From assembly GCA_000004695.1 (NCBI GenBank), contig CM000154.2:3392001-3456000 (forward strand): a stretch of 64,000 bases of DNA, given 5' to 3'. This DNA is from Dictyostelium discoideum (Eukaryota). Positions 17,130 to 33,058 of the stretch are shown here, piece after piece (the stretch's first letter is position 1; every line of letters begins with the position of its first letter). Both the position numbers and the translations under genes were made by a program. Below the pieces are notes generated by a model that searched no databases, was not told the origin of the DNA, and saw nothing but the letters and a program-made list of their open reading frames with translations.

Positions 17130-18881
17130 TTATTTGATATTTATTTGATAAATTGTAAATACCTTTTCACCCAATTCAATATTTGAATATTTTGAAAATA
17201 ATTGTGATAAATCTTTTTTAGCTTGATTAAAAAATAGAGTATTTAATTCTATGATAGATTTATGTAATTTCATTTGCCAACACCAATCAAATCTTTTTTC
17301 TAAATCTATTGATTTTTGATATAAATTTCTAATTTTAATTTGATTATTATCATCTTTTTCATAGTTCATTTTATTATTACTATTATTACTATCAATACCA
17401 TAATGATAAATTAAAGCTAACCAAAAATATGGCATTGATAAATTTGGATGTTTTGTTATTTCATTAATCAATGAATTTTTAATTAATGTGTGGCCATATT
17501 TACCAATATATCTATGAGATAATAATAATTCTTCGATTGAATATTCTAAAGGATGTAATGTTTGAAACATTGAGAAACATAATTTAAAATTTTCTTTACA
17601 AAATGAATGTAAACCTTCTTGATTTAATCTATAATAAAACAATTCCTCTTCGATTACCAATGGATTTAAACCACTTTTAAAATTATCTTGATTATTAAAT
17701 TCAATTGGTGATGTTGATTTTTTAATTTCAAACTGTTTATGTTGATAATGATCTTCATCATCATCATCATCTTGATCATCTTTATTCTCTTTGCTTTTAT
17801 TTATATTATTTTTATTAATTATATTATTACTATTATTTAAATGCTTATGATGCTTATGATTAAAAAAGTATCTATCAGCTCGTAACCAAAAATCCCAATC
17901 TTCCCAACCAAACCAACAAGATTCATCATATCCACCAACATTTTTCCACATTGATTTTTTGAATAATGCTGAACAATGTAATAAATTTGAATTTCTTAAA
18001 AGGTTTCTATTCCATTTTGGTATTTTCCAATCACCAACTTTATTAACATAACCCTTCTTATCATCAATATTACTATTTTTAAATCTTAATAAATTTGAAA
18101 TAACTACTATATTATCAATATTATCTTGGGATTGTTGTAGTCTCTTTTTTTCAATTTTTAAAATTGCTTTCTCAAAAAATGATTTATCGATTAAATCATC
18201 TGAATCTAAAGGTAGTATCCAAGTACCAGTTGAGAATTCAATACCAACATTCCTTGAATATGATAACCCTTTATTTCTATTAAAAATTATTGTAATATTC
18301 TATTTAGAAATAAAAAATAATAATTTTAATATTTTAATAATAATAATAAAAATAATTATTAAGTTTTTAAATAAAAAGATAAAATAAAAAAATCTTACCA
18401 TTTCATCAATAAATTTATTAAATAATGATATTAAATGTTTCTTTGAATTCCATTCTGTTGAACCATCATCAACAACTATAACTTCAAAATTCTTAAATGT
18501 TGATTCTTTCAATGAATTTAGTGTATACTCAATATATTTTAATTGATTATAAATTGGAATAATAACTGATATTAAAACATTATTGTTATTATTGTTATCA
18601 TTATTATTATTATTTTTTTTATTATAAAATTCTATGTTTATTTTACTGATTGAATATTTGTTTGATATTATCTTGTTGTATTTTGAAAGTGAATAATTAT
18701 GATTATTTTTATTATCATTATTATTTTCAATGTCTTCTTCAACATCAAAATTTTTATTATTATTATTATTATTATAAATTAAAATAAAAATAATAAATAA
18801 TATTAAAAAACTTAATAAAATTAAAAAATTTCTTAATGTTGATCCTTTAGTTTTTTTATTACTCTTTTTATTATAAAACAT
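17130..18881 (-). CDS. Family-2 (GT2) glycosyltransferase, a type-II membrane protein of about 549 aa with 2 exons.
   Basis: complement(join(17130..18299, 18399..18881)). Exon 1 encodes a cytoplasmic tail plus a TM anchor (FLILLSFLILFIIFILIY), then VLISVIIPIYNQLKYIEYTLNSLKESTFKNFEVIVVDDGSTE, which is the canonical GT2 N-terminal motif. The donor is GAA ATG|GTAAGA (18398) and the acceptor is aaatAG (18300); the 99-nt intron is phase 0. Exon 2 continues NITIIFNRNKGLSYSRNVGIEFSTGTWILPLDSDD (DxD region) through to GGYDESCWFGWEDWDFWLRA (GT2 C-terminal motif). The region 17952-18299 is not in the ORF track but is open in this frame. Confidence 0.8.
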
Positions 18882-20057
18882 TTTAATTAAAATATTTATT
18901 AAAACATATGAAAATTTTTGTTATTTTTTTTATAAATAACTATTAATATTATTATTAAGGTGTGTGAATATATTAAAAAAATGGGGTAAAAAAAACAGTG
19001 AGAGATTGTGTATGAATTAAAAAAAAAAAGTGAGAGATTGTGTGTTGGGGTGATTTGTTTTTTTTTTTTTTTTTTTTTTTGTTTTTTTTTATTGAAAAGA
19101 ATAAAATAGTTTTTGAAAAAAAAATGAAATAAATAAAAAAATATATACAAGTGAAAAAAAAAGATAAAGAAAATAAAAAAAAAATAAAAAAATAAAAAAA
19201 ATAAAAAGGATATAAATTAAGTTTCTACAACATGTCTAAAAATAAAAAATATATATAAAAATATAAAAATGTTATAAGCAACACAAGTTAAAAAAACAAA
19301 TAAAAAAAATATATTACTTTCATTGTTCATTTATATTAAGAATAAAAAATAAAAAAAAAAAAAAAATTTTAATTTATTTTTTTCTTTTTATTTTATTTTA
19401 TTTATTTTATTTTATTTTATTGTATTTTATTTTATTTTATTTTAAATGATGTGAAGCAAAATGAATAGAAAAAAAAAAACAATAAAAAAAAAATAATAAT
19501 TAAAAAAAAAAAAAAAAAAAGAAACAGAAAAAAAAAAAATAATAATAATAATAATAAAAATAATAAAAAAAAAAATCTTTTTTATTTAAATGAAATATTT
19601 GAGTTTTTAAATGCGAACCACAAATAAAAAATGTGTTTACTGCTGGTGTTAATGCAATTATCTCATTAATTATTATGAAAATACAAAAAAACAAAAAAAA
19701 AAAAAATATAAAAAAAAAAAAAAAAAAAAACAATAAACAAACGTTTTTGGTTATTCAATATGATTTAAATATTTTGAAAATAATAATAAAATTAAAAAAA
19801 AAATTAAAAAAAAATTAAAAAAATTAAAAAAAATTAAAAAATCATATATCTTTAAAAAAAAAATAAAAATAAAAATAAAAATAAAAAAAAAAAAATAAAA
19901 AAATCAAAAGATTTAAAAAAAAAAAAAAAAAATCATATATCTCTTAAAAAAAAAAAACACAAACTAAAATTTCTTCAATGATATTTAAAAAAAAAAAGTT
20001 ATATTTTAATTTAATTTAAAAAATAAAAAAAAAATAAAAAATAAAAAATAAAAAAAA

Positions 20058-20951
20058 ATGAAAGTAATAATTTTATTTTATTTTTTAATTTTAATTTTAA
20101 TTTTTTCAAAAATTGTAAAGTCATCAAATAATAATAATAATAATAATAATAATAAAGATAATCTTAATTGCCACAATATAATTAATGATGTTAATAACAA
20201 TAAAAAAATTAATGATGAAAATGTATATTTTGATTATCAAAATGATGAAATTTTAAAAGAAACAATTCATTATAATAATAGACTTTTAAAAAATAATAAA
20301 CAAATTAATCAAATTAATGATAATAACCCACCAACACAAACACCACCACCATTATCACCTTTTCAAGAAGGTATTTATAAAATTAGACCATCATTTCCAA
20401 ATGTGACATTAGGTGGTAAGAATGGTGGTCACTCATTTTTAACGAATTTAAAAGGGTCATGGGAACTTGGTGGTTATGATAGTTGGGTATTTTATAAGGA
20501 TAATGGGATATTACAAGTATTAAATAATGGTGATATTATTATAAGTGGTCCAATTGTACCAACAAATCAACAATCAAGTTGTCATAGTTGGTTTGTTAAT
20601 ATGATGTTTACACCATTACCAAAGGAAATTAAAAAAACACCAAGAAAAGATTTATACAAGCATTCTTATCAACCTTTAGGTTCGATTAATCCTGAAAATT
20701 GGAAATTCTATCAACCTATTCAACTATTAAATAATTCTTGGATTGCAATTGGTTGTAATCATATCAAAATCATTCAATTCGATGGTACAACTTTTCAAAA
20801 TAAACCACTTCAATTTGGTATTGGTGCAAATGGTAAAAATGAAAATAATGGTATATTATTCTCAATTCCAATACCATTTAATTCAAAAAATAATTTAAAA
20901 AATAAAAGAGATTATATTGATATAAATGTTGATATTGTTTTAATTTCTTAA
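20058..20951 (+). CDS. Secreted protein of unknown family (297 aa). It has an N-terminal signal peptide, a poly-N linker and a Cys-containing globular region.
   Basis: The ATG-initiated ORF starts MKVIILFYFLILILIFSKIVKS, which is a signal peptide. The mature part is non-repetitive (GGKNGGHSFLTNLKGSWELGGYDSWVFYKDNG...). No homology was recognised. Confidence 0.45.
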   Translation: MKVIILFYFLILILIFSKIVKSSNNNNNNNNNKDNLNCHNIINDVNNNKKINDENVYFDYQNDEILKETIHYNNRLLKNNKQINQINDNNPPTQTPPPLSPFQEGIYKIRPSFPNVTLGGKNGGHSFLTNLKGSWELGGYDSWVFYKDNGILQVLNNGDIIISGPIVPTNQQSSCHSWFVNMMFTPLPKEIKKTPRKDLYKHSYQPLGSINPENWKFYQPIQLLNNSWIAIGCNHIKIIQFDGTTFQNKPLQFGIGANGKNENNGILFSIPIPFNSKNNLKNKRDYIDINVDIVLIS

Positions 20952-20975
20952 TAAATAAATAAATAAATAAAAAAA

Positions 20976-21001
20976 TTATTTATTTAATTCAATATTATTT
21001 A

Positions 21002-21065
<64 letters not shown>

Positions 21066-22159
21066 ATTTTCATCAATTGTATTTGATTCTAAACCGAAAT
21101 ATAATGAATTAATTAAAAATAAAGCACCTAATAAAATTGATTTTTGGTGAATTGTTGATTTTGGTGGGAAATCAATATAGATGTTATCTTTATCATTGAA
21201 AAGAGATTGTTGTAATCCTGAATATAATTTTGAGATTTCTCCAATTTCATCACCATCTGAAATTATATTTGAAAGTGTATTTAAAATTGATTGATCATTA
21301 TTTAAGAATGATTGTTGTTGTTGTTGGTGTTTTTGTTGATGATGATGTGGATTTTGTTGTTGATAAATTTTCATTTGATAATATGATGAAAGGGATTGAG
21401 ATGTTATCATTTTATTATTAGTTATATTTGAATTATTTTTAATTTTATGACCAACGATTTTAAATTGTTCATTATTATCATCATCATAAATTTTGAAAAC
21501 TGGTTGAAACCAACTAAACTCTTCTTTAACTCTACCTAAATAAACTCTTGGCGTTGCTGTGTTATCACCACAGAAAATTAGTAAATCTTGATGACAACTT
21601 TCAATTGCACAACAACATAGTATACCACAGAAGCAACCTTGTCTACCACATTGTTTATCTCTTTTAAATTTTAATATTTCACTTCCATCCAATGTTTGAA
21701 TACTAATTTTATATGGTCTATATTTTTGAAAACTTAAAAAATCTGAATAATTATCTCTATAATATTCTTTACCAATTAAAATTACTTTAATAAAAAAATA
21801 AATAAAAAAAAATAATAAATAAAAATTTTAGTAATTAAAAAAAAAAGAAATAAAAAAAAAAATAAAAAAAAAGATTGTTCACTGAAATTTTATTATTTTA
21901 AGTTGCTTTTACAATTATTTAAAAAAAAGAAAAAATGAGCCCAAAAAAGATATTTTCATTTTCGGTGAAAAAAAAAAAAAAAGCAATAAAAAAAAAAATG
22001 ATAGAAGATATATTTACAATCATTGTTGACGCCATAAATATTAAATTGGCCTTCTTTTTTTCTTGATTTAAAAATATTTTTAAAAAAATTATTTTCTTCA
22101 ATTGATTCCTTCACAATAAATGTATCAAAGTGTAAAAAAAATTCCAATGATTCATCCAT
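20976..22159 (-). CDS. Phospholipid scramblase (PLSCR) family protein with a C-terminal poly-N tail, about 316 aa in 2 exons.
   Basis: complement(join(20976..21784, 22018..22159)). Exon 1 reads MDESLEFFLHFDTFIVKESIEENNFFKNIFKSRKKEGQFNIYGVNND. The donor is GAT T|GTAAAT (22017) and the acceptor is attaaAG (21785); the intron is 233 nt and phase 1, and T+TA gives Leu. Exon 2 (LILIGKEYYRDNYSDFLSFQKYRPYKISIQTLDGSEILKFKRDKQCGRQGCFCGILCCCAIESCHQDLLIFCGDNTATPRVYLGRVKEEFSWFQPVFKIYD...ILLGALFLINSLYFGLE) carries the scramblase Cys-rich palmitoylation-like block and the C-terminal helix. The ORF-track 'M' at 21692 is a TTG, and the frame is open upstream of it. Confidence 0.7.
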
Positions 22160-23173
22160 TATTATTTTTATTGACGAAATTTGATTAAGTAAAATTTTAA
22201 TATAAAAATTCTATCTACAATTATACTATTTATAATTTACCACTAATAAAAAAAATATTAATTTGATAAAAAAAAAAAAAAATAAAAAAAAAAATAAAAA
22301 AAAATATAAAAAAATAAATAAAAAAAAATAAAAAAAAATAAAAATAATAATTGGCACCACACAAAAAAATTTTTGGTTTTGTTTTTAATTTTTTTTTTAT
22401 TAATTGAAATTTCATTTAATAAATTCTATTTTTATCAATTATTATTACTTTTTTTTTTTTTTTTTTTTTTTCATAATATAGATTTATAAAAAATAAATCA
22501 AAGTATTGAAATTAAATTAATTATTTCTTTGATGATTTTATTTTTATTTTATTTTATTTATTTTTTTATTTTTTTTTTTTTTAATTTTCCATTGTGATAC
22601 TCAAATAATAAAAAAAAAATATTGGTGATTGATGAATTAAAAATATAATTTTAATCATTGGTAATGGTATTATAAACTTCTTTTGCACATAGAAATTAAA
22701 TTTTTTTTTTTTTTTTTTTATGCAGTTAAATTTTATTATTTCCAAAAAAAAAATAAAATCACTGCCTTCCTAAAAAAAAAAAAAAAATATAAAAAAAAAT
22801 TAAAAAATAATAAAATTCGATGAATCTTTTTTTATGAGATTTACAGGGCATGCAAAGATATCCCAAAATATACACTCAAAAATTCGAAAAAAAAAAAATT
22901 ATTTATTTTTATTTTTTTTTATTTTTTTTTTATTTTTGATACACACAACTTAATTTTTATATGGTAGCATAAAAATTTATTTTTTTTTATTTTTAATTTT
23001 TGTTTTTTTTTTTTTAATAATTTTTTTTTTTTAAAATTTTTATTTCCCAATTAAATTTTTTTTTTTCTTTATTATTTTTAAGTCTTTCATCACATTATTA
23101 TTATCTCTCATTATTTTCTAAAATTATTTTTTGTTTTCCTAAAATTTTAAAAAAAAAAAAAAGAAAAAAACCA

Positions 23174-23228
23174 ATGGGTATGTTATTATCATCACTCTTT
23201 TACTTTACACACACAACAAAACCTATAT

Positions 23229-23265
<37 letters not shown>

Positions 23266-23377
23266 CCACACGGAGCCTTTTTATAAATTTTTTTAAATAA
23301 ATTTATTTCAATAAAAATAAAAATTTAATAAAAATAAATTTTTTCCTTTTTTTTAAAAAAAAAAAAAAATTAAAAAA

Positions 23378-23425
<48 letters not shown>

Positions 23426-24665
23426 TAATATTAAAAAAAAAAAAAAAATTATTTTATTAAATAAAGAATTTTTATCAACATCCCAGTCATTGCAAATTAA
23501 CTTTGATTCTCAGCAATCAGAACAAATCCAAGTCCCAATTGGATTTGATTCAAGCCAACCTCCACAAGAGTTTGAATTTGAAACAACTCCATTGAACCAA
23601 TTACCTTTTTTGAAACAAATTGATATTGCAGCTTCTCTTTCCTTTATTCCAGCCTCAATTGAAAACCTCACAACAGAAAATACCATTACTGTTTTTCCAG
23701 TTCTTGTTGGCCAAGGTGCTTTTTCTCAACAAGATTCACTTCTTCAATTCCCAGTAAGTCTTCAAAACATCAACATCAACAATAACAACAACAGCAACTT
23801 CCAACTTGGTTTAGTACCATCTTCACCACAATCTTCTATCTCATCACCATCAACCATTGAAAGTAATTATTTATCCAATCCATCATCTCCATGTCAAAGC
23901 ACACCAATTTTGGAATCATCCACTCCCTTTTCTCAAAAATTGATGTCAAACGAACAACAACAACAACAACAACCACAAAATTTCTCTTTCCCACAAAAAC
24001 AACAGCAAGCTGTTGACCTCAATGAATTCTTTGGTTTAAATTCAGTTGGGGGTGGTGGTCATTTCAAAGCATGCTTTTCACCAGATAACAGTTTCAATTT
24101 GTACAATGATCTTTCACCAGAGGCTAAATCTTGTTTCAAAATTTTCGCTAAAAAGTGTAAACCAACCACCGAACATGAAGTCTTTAACAAGGTTATGAAT
24201 TTGTTGAACAATTTAACTCTTGAAGAAATTGATTTGATTATCAAGTCCGTTTCACGTATTGAAAAGTATGATACGCTCATTGCAAAGGTCTTTGCCACCG
24301 AACTTGATGTAGCTAACTTCCCAAGTATCAATGCCAAGCTTTTGCTCCAAAATTTATTGGTCGAAATTATTGACCAAGACAGAAAATTGGTCTACCACCT
24401 CTTCCAACTAGATACTGATCATATTCACTCACTCAAAAATAAATGTTCAATCTTATCAATCTCTACCCCAGCCAGTGATTCCCTTAATTTCTCTGCTTTA
24501 CTTCAAGAAGATAGTAATAACAATAACAATAACAATAACAATAACAATAACAATAACAATAACAATAACAATAACAATAACAATAACAATAACAATAACA
24601 ATAACAATAACAATAATAATAATAATAATAACAATAATAATAACAATAATAATTATAATAATAAT

Positions 24666-24746
<81 letters not shown>

Positions 24747-25197
24747 TGTAACAACAGCTTGGTTAATGATAGCAACACTAATATTATCAACCACACACAT
24801 AACCTAAATTATAACCAAAATCAAAACCAAAACCTCAACAACAACTATAATTACGACTACAACTTCACCAATGATACCAATAATAACGTCTACCACCAAA
24901 ATAATACTTCTCCTGCTAATAATTCTCCTTATGTCACACCAGTTTTAAAAGATAATGAATTACATTCTCAACTTTTACCTCAAATTGCTCACCAACAACC
25001 AGTTGCAGTTCTTGCTAACTATCAACATAACCAACAACAACAATCACCACAACAAATACAACAACAATTATATAATCCACATTTACAAATACTATCACAA
25101 CAAACAAATTCAAACCCACATAATACTGAAAACATTGAAGTTCCAAAGATTAAACTTCAACCAAATTTCCAATCAACAACCACCACCACAATTACTC

Positions 25198-25241
<44 letters not shown>

Positions 25242-26369
25242 AATACTCCATTAATCTCCCAACTTATTCCAGAAAGTATTAAACCAAAGGCTTCAAATAA
25301 ATTGGCAAATAATTCAAATGGAAAGAAAGTTGGATCAAGTAAAAAGGTCTCTAAATCTGTTTTTCCAAAAGGTATCATTACACCACAATACTTTTCAATA
25401 CTTAAAGATAGATTTGGTTTCACTATGGAGTCATTGGAAAAAGCATCAAATCCAAATGGTGCAAACTATATCCACAGTTTAAATGGTTCGCTTGCTCTTG
25501 TAAACACTTGTCTCGTGCCAATCTCTAGTGAAGTTAGTACCGGTAGAGATAGTAAAAATGGTGTTGTCATCACCGTAAAAAACTATGGTGACTATACCAC
25601 CAAACTCACATTGGAATATGAATTGGTGACCTCCAACAATGAAGTCAATGATGATAAATTCTCTTTCAAAAAGAAAAATCTTTTAATGGTTGAACCAGGT
25701 ATCTTTTATTTCCAATACTCTATGAATAGAATTGACAAGAATGAAAAAGAGGTCTATATTAGATTCAATCTCATCTGCGAAGGTAAAGTCATTGATAGCA
25801 TTCAATCACCTCAAATCCGTTTCAGAAATACTCCAAGTGAATTTGATCAACCAAATAACGTTCAATTAGAGACTCTCATCGCTGATCAATTTAAAACCTA
25901 TAGTGATGACCACAGTGTTCACGTTAAATTCGTTGCTATTGCTAATCTCTTTAAGAAAGGTATCATTCCAAAAGCATCAAAAGATTCATCCTCCTCTCCA
26001 ACTGCTTCTTCTGCCGCTCCTGGTGATAGTAGTAGTGATGGTGAAGGTGATGAACAATCATCAACTTCAACTAAAAAGATGAAGAAAGGTAAACCACTCG
26101 AAGTCACTTTAAAACATAGCAGTGGTTTCACATTGGTCATCCCACAACACATTTCCAAAGCTAAACCAGAAGATATTTGGAGATTCCCAAAGAATTTAAT
26201 CTCTCAAACTAATATTCCAATTAAAAAATCTGAAGGTGATATCATTCATTTCCCTTACTCTTATGTTGTTGAATTCTCTGCTTTAGTTCCAAGAGGAAAT
26301 TATACCATTACTTTTGGTTATGAATTTGTCAATAAAAAAGCAAATCCAATCCATAATTTTGTTATTTAA
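23174..26369 (+). CDS. Poly-N/Q-rich protein with a conserved ~330-aa C-terminal domain. This is paralogue 1 of a tandem pair, about 968 aa, with a 4-nt first exon (ATGG).
   Basis: join(23174..23177, 23467..26369). The ORF-track start at 23490 is TTG, and the frame is open upstream with no ATG. ATGG|GTATGT at 23174-23183 gives a phase-1 micro-exon. The acceptor ataaAG at 23465-23466 puts 23467 at codon position 2, so the protein starts M-EFLSTSQSLQINFDSQQ. The C-terminal domain (KGIITPQYFSILKDRFGFTMESLEKASNPNGANYIHSLNGSLALVNTCLVPISSEV...IHFPYSYVVEFSALVPRGNYTITFGYEFVNKKANPIHNFVI) is shared with the gene at 28219-31368. Confidence 0.55.
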
Positions 26370-27880
26370 GATAATAAAAAAAAAAAAAAAAAAAATAGAA
26401 AAAAAGAGAATAATAAAAAAAAAAAAAAAAATAGAAAAAGAGAATAATAATAAAAAAAAAAAAAAAAATACCATCATTTTAATAAGATATATAAAAAAAA
26501 AAAACCAATAAAAATAAATAAAACCAGTTTAATAAGATAAATAAAAAAAAAAAAAACAATAAAAAAAAACAATTAAAAAATTAACTGTTTTTTTTTTTTT
26601 TAAGATTTTTTTTTTTTCGAAAATTAAAGTGAAAAAATGGATTTCAATAAACTAATAAAAAATGTGTTTATTGCGCGAACTAAATTTTTAAAAAGAATTT
26701 TTTTTTTAATACTCATTGGAACTTTTCGAGACCTTACTTAATTTTATATGTAGGCAACTATGAATAAAATATCGGTTTTGGTTCTAATAATAAACTTTTT
26801 TCAAAAAAAATATTAACTTGAACTTAATTCAATAATAAGTTTTTCATTTCAAATCTTTCCAAAATCAAAAAAAAAGATAATTGTTTCAGGTTTTGAATAT
26901 ATTTTATTATTTTTATTTTTTCATTTATTGTTTTCCATTTAAATAAAATATTTGTTTAATAATTTTTTTATTTTTAATAATTCAATTCTCTAAAAAAAAA
27001 AAAAGTTAAATAAAAACGGGAAAAAAAAACACTTTATAACCAAAACCAAATTTTTTGTTTTTTTTTTTTTCTTAAAAAGTAAATGGATCGTGCCAAATTA
27101 ATTTCAGGATAAAAATAAAAAAAAAAAATAAAATAAAAATAAAAAAAAAATAAAAATAAAAAAAAAAAAATAAAAAAAGTTAAAATTTTCCATGTTTTCA
27201 TATTTTATATAAAATAAAAATAAAAAAAATGGAAAGTGATCAATACCGCCTTTACACCTCCATGATGATTTTGTTTTTTCAAAAACCAAAAGGCAAAACA
27301 AAATTTTTAATTGGATTTGAATAAATTTTATTTCAAAAAAAAATTTGTTAATGTTGCATAAAGTGAAAAAAAGGGGTTTGAGTGAATTGTAAAAAAGTGA
27401 AATCCATGACGAAATTTTTTTTTTTTTAAATTTTATTTTTTTTTTAATTCAAAAAAATTGAATTACACATTTTTTTTTTTTGATATTTTTCGGTGTGTCT
27501 ATCCAAAAATGAACAAGTGGTCATATTAAAATAAGTTAAATCAAAATAATACCCCTCCTCCATATAAATGGTCCCAATATTTTTAAAAATTTTTTTTTGT
27601 AATTCACAAAAATAAATTTAATTAGGCCAGGCAGCCTTTGTTTAAATGTTAAAATAAAATTATGCCGCAATTTTAAAATTTTTTTTAAAAAAAATAGCCA
27701 CACAAAAATTTTAATTACAGACATCATACATATAGTACTTTTTTTTTTTTTTTTATTTTTTTTTATTTTATGTAGTTTTTTTTTTCAGGGCACTTTTTTT
27801 TTTTATTTTTTTTTTATTCCATTATTTTTTTTTTATTCCACCGTTTCATTTTATGTTTGTTTCTTTACATTTTTTAGAAA

Positions 27881-27919
<39 letters not shown>

Positions 27920-28218
27920 ATTTCCATAGTTTTTTAATAAACCTTAAAAAAAATATTTATAATATATATTTTTTTAGTTATTAATAAAAGGACCGGAAAT
28001 TATAATTTTAAATTTTCTTTTTTATTTAAATTTTTTCTTTTAAAAAAATTTTTTTTTTATCCTAATCAATTATTTTTTTTTTTTTTTTTTTTTTTTATAA
28101 AAAAATAGATGGATTTTCCACAAATAAATCAAAACTTAGTGAAGGTTTCCAAAGTGAACAAAGGTTTGTCATTTTATATTATTTTATTTTCACCAACTTA
28201 CATATATATATATTGGTG

Positions 28219-31368
<3,150 letters not shown>

Positions 31369-31376
31369 GAAAATAT

Positions 31377-31421
<45 letters not shown>

Positions 31422-31664
31422 AGAGATTGGAAATATCTGTATCTTTATCTAAAAATTATTTTCAAATATCCTTTGGTTATTATCTCTTTTTAAAGAAGTT
31501 ATTATTTTCAATTTAATTATTAATAATAAAATAAAAAAAATGTTTTTTTAGTCTCACCAGGAAAAAAAAAAAAAAAATTAAAATTATATCTCAATAATAA
31601 AAATAATAAAATAATATGTTTAAATTAATCTCCTAAGAGATGCAAAAGATATATTTTATTATTC

Positions 31665-31940
31665 TTTTTGTTGTTGTCCTTTGCACCATTTTTTCCTTTA
31701 TTGTAACGAAATATAATTTACTGCAATTTGTAAATTGTGATTTAAGTTTTTAAAGATAGGGCCCAAGAGAGACAACTTTGAAAGTATTGTTGATTTTATC
31801 TTTTTTTTTTGTTGTTGTTTTGTTTTTGTTCTTTTGAATATTTTGCACCATTTTTTTCCTTTATTGTAACGAAATGTAGTTTGCAAACTGTGATTTAAGT
31901 TTTTAAAGAAAGACAAGGCCCAAGAGAGACGAGTTTGGAT
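31665..31940. repeat. Tandem direct duplication of two ~145-155-bp units inside a GC-richer intergenic island.
   Basis: Unit 1 spans about 31669-31780 and unit 2 about 31811-31937. Both share gttgttg...ttgcaccattttt(t)cctttattgtaacgaaat(a/g)ta...gcaa..tgtgatttaagtttttaaaga.ag..ggcccaagagagac. I aligned the units by eye and estimate about 85% identity. Neither strand carries a convincing ORF. Confidence 0.6.
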
Positions 31941-32407
31941 TTTTTTTTTTTATAATTTATTAAATAATATAGTTTACTGAATTTAATAAACAATGATTTA
32001 TCCTAAATGTTAAAGAAAAAAAATATATCTCTTTTTTTGATAGGTATTAAAATTTAGTGTACTGATTAAGAGAAAAGAAAAAAAGAAAATAAAAAAAAAA
32101 AAAATATTAGAGATTTTTATTTAATTATTAAATAAATATGTTATTATTGGTTTTTTTAAAATCCACCTACATTATTATTATATACTGTGGATGGAAATAT
32201 CTGTGCACAAAGTTAGTGATAGCGACTTTCCAAAAGTTTTTATAATTAGAATCTTTTTTTGATTGAAAAATAACTTAATTTGATACCATCATTTGAATAA
32301 ATTATAATTATTGTTTGAAATTCAATAGACATATGATTATTGATTAATAAATTATTTTTTATTTGCTTTTATATTTTTTTTTTTTCAACCAAAAATTAAT
32401 TTCTTTG

Positions 32408-32440
<33 letters not shown>

Positions 32441-32640
32441 CTGTAACTTTTTTTTAATATAGATTGAAAAAAAAAAGATTTTGGTCTAAAATTAAATTAA
32501 AAGAAATTGAAATCTAAAAAAATAAAACACAGAAAAAATAATCGAGTCATCACTTAATATGTATCTATTTTTGGGAAAAAAATCAAAAAGTGTTCACATT
32601 TTTTTTTTTCTATAATATCTATTATAAAGATATTGAAATC

Positions 32641-32671
<31 letters not shown>

Positions 32672-32731
32672 AATTTTATAGTTTATTTATTTTTTAAAAA
32701 ATAATTATTTAATTTTATTTTAAATTATGGG

Positions 32732-32778
<47 letters not shown>

Positions 32779-33058
32779 CAACTTTAGAAAAAAACATAAT
32801 TTATTTTAAACCACACACAACACACAAACACTTTTACCAAATTATCAAAAATATTTTTGACAATTTTAGCAATGTCAGTAATTAATTTAAATAAAATTTG
32901 TTTTGACTATTTTTAATTTATTATTTTATTTATTTTTCAATAAAAAAAAAAAAAAAAAAAGTATAAATTAATATTTTATATTTTTATTTTCTTAAATATT
33001 CCAACATTTTTAAATATACAAATAAAAAATTAAATAAAAATAATAATAAAAAAAAAAA

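Noticed and set aside
22841-22870. GC-containing patch tgagatttacagggcatgcaaagatatcccaaaatatacactc.
   Set aside because: It is too short, with no recognisable motif, repeat partner or ORF. It is listed only as a possible minor promoter element.
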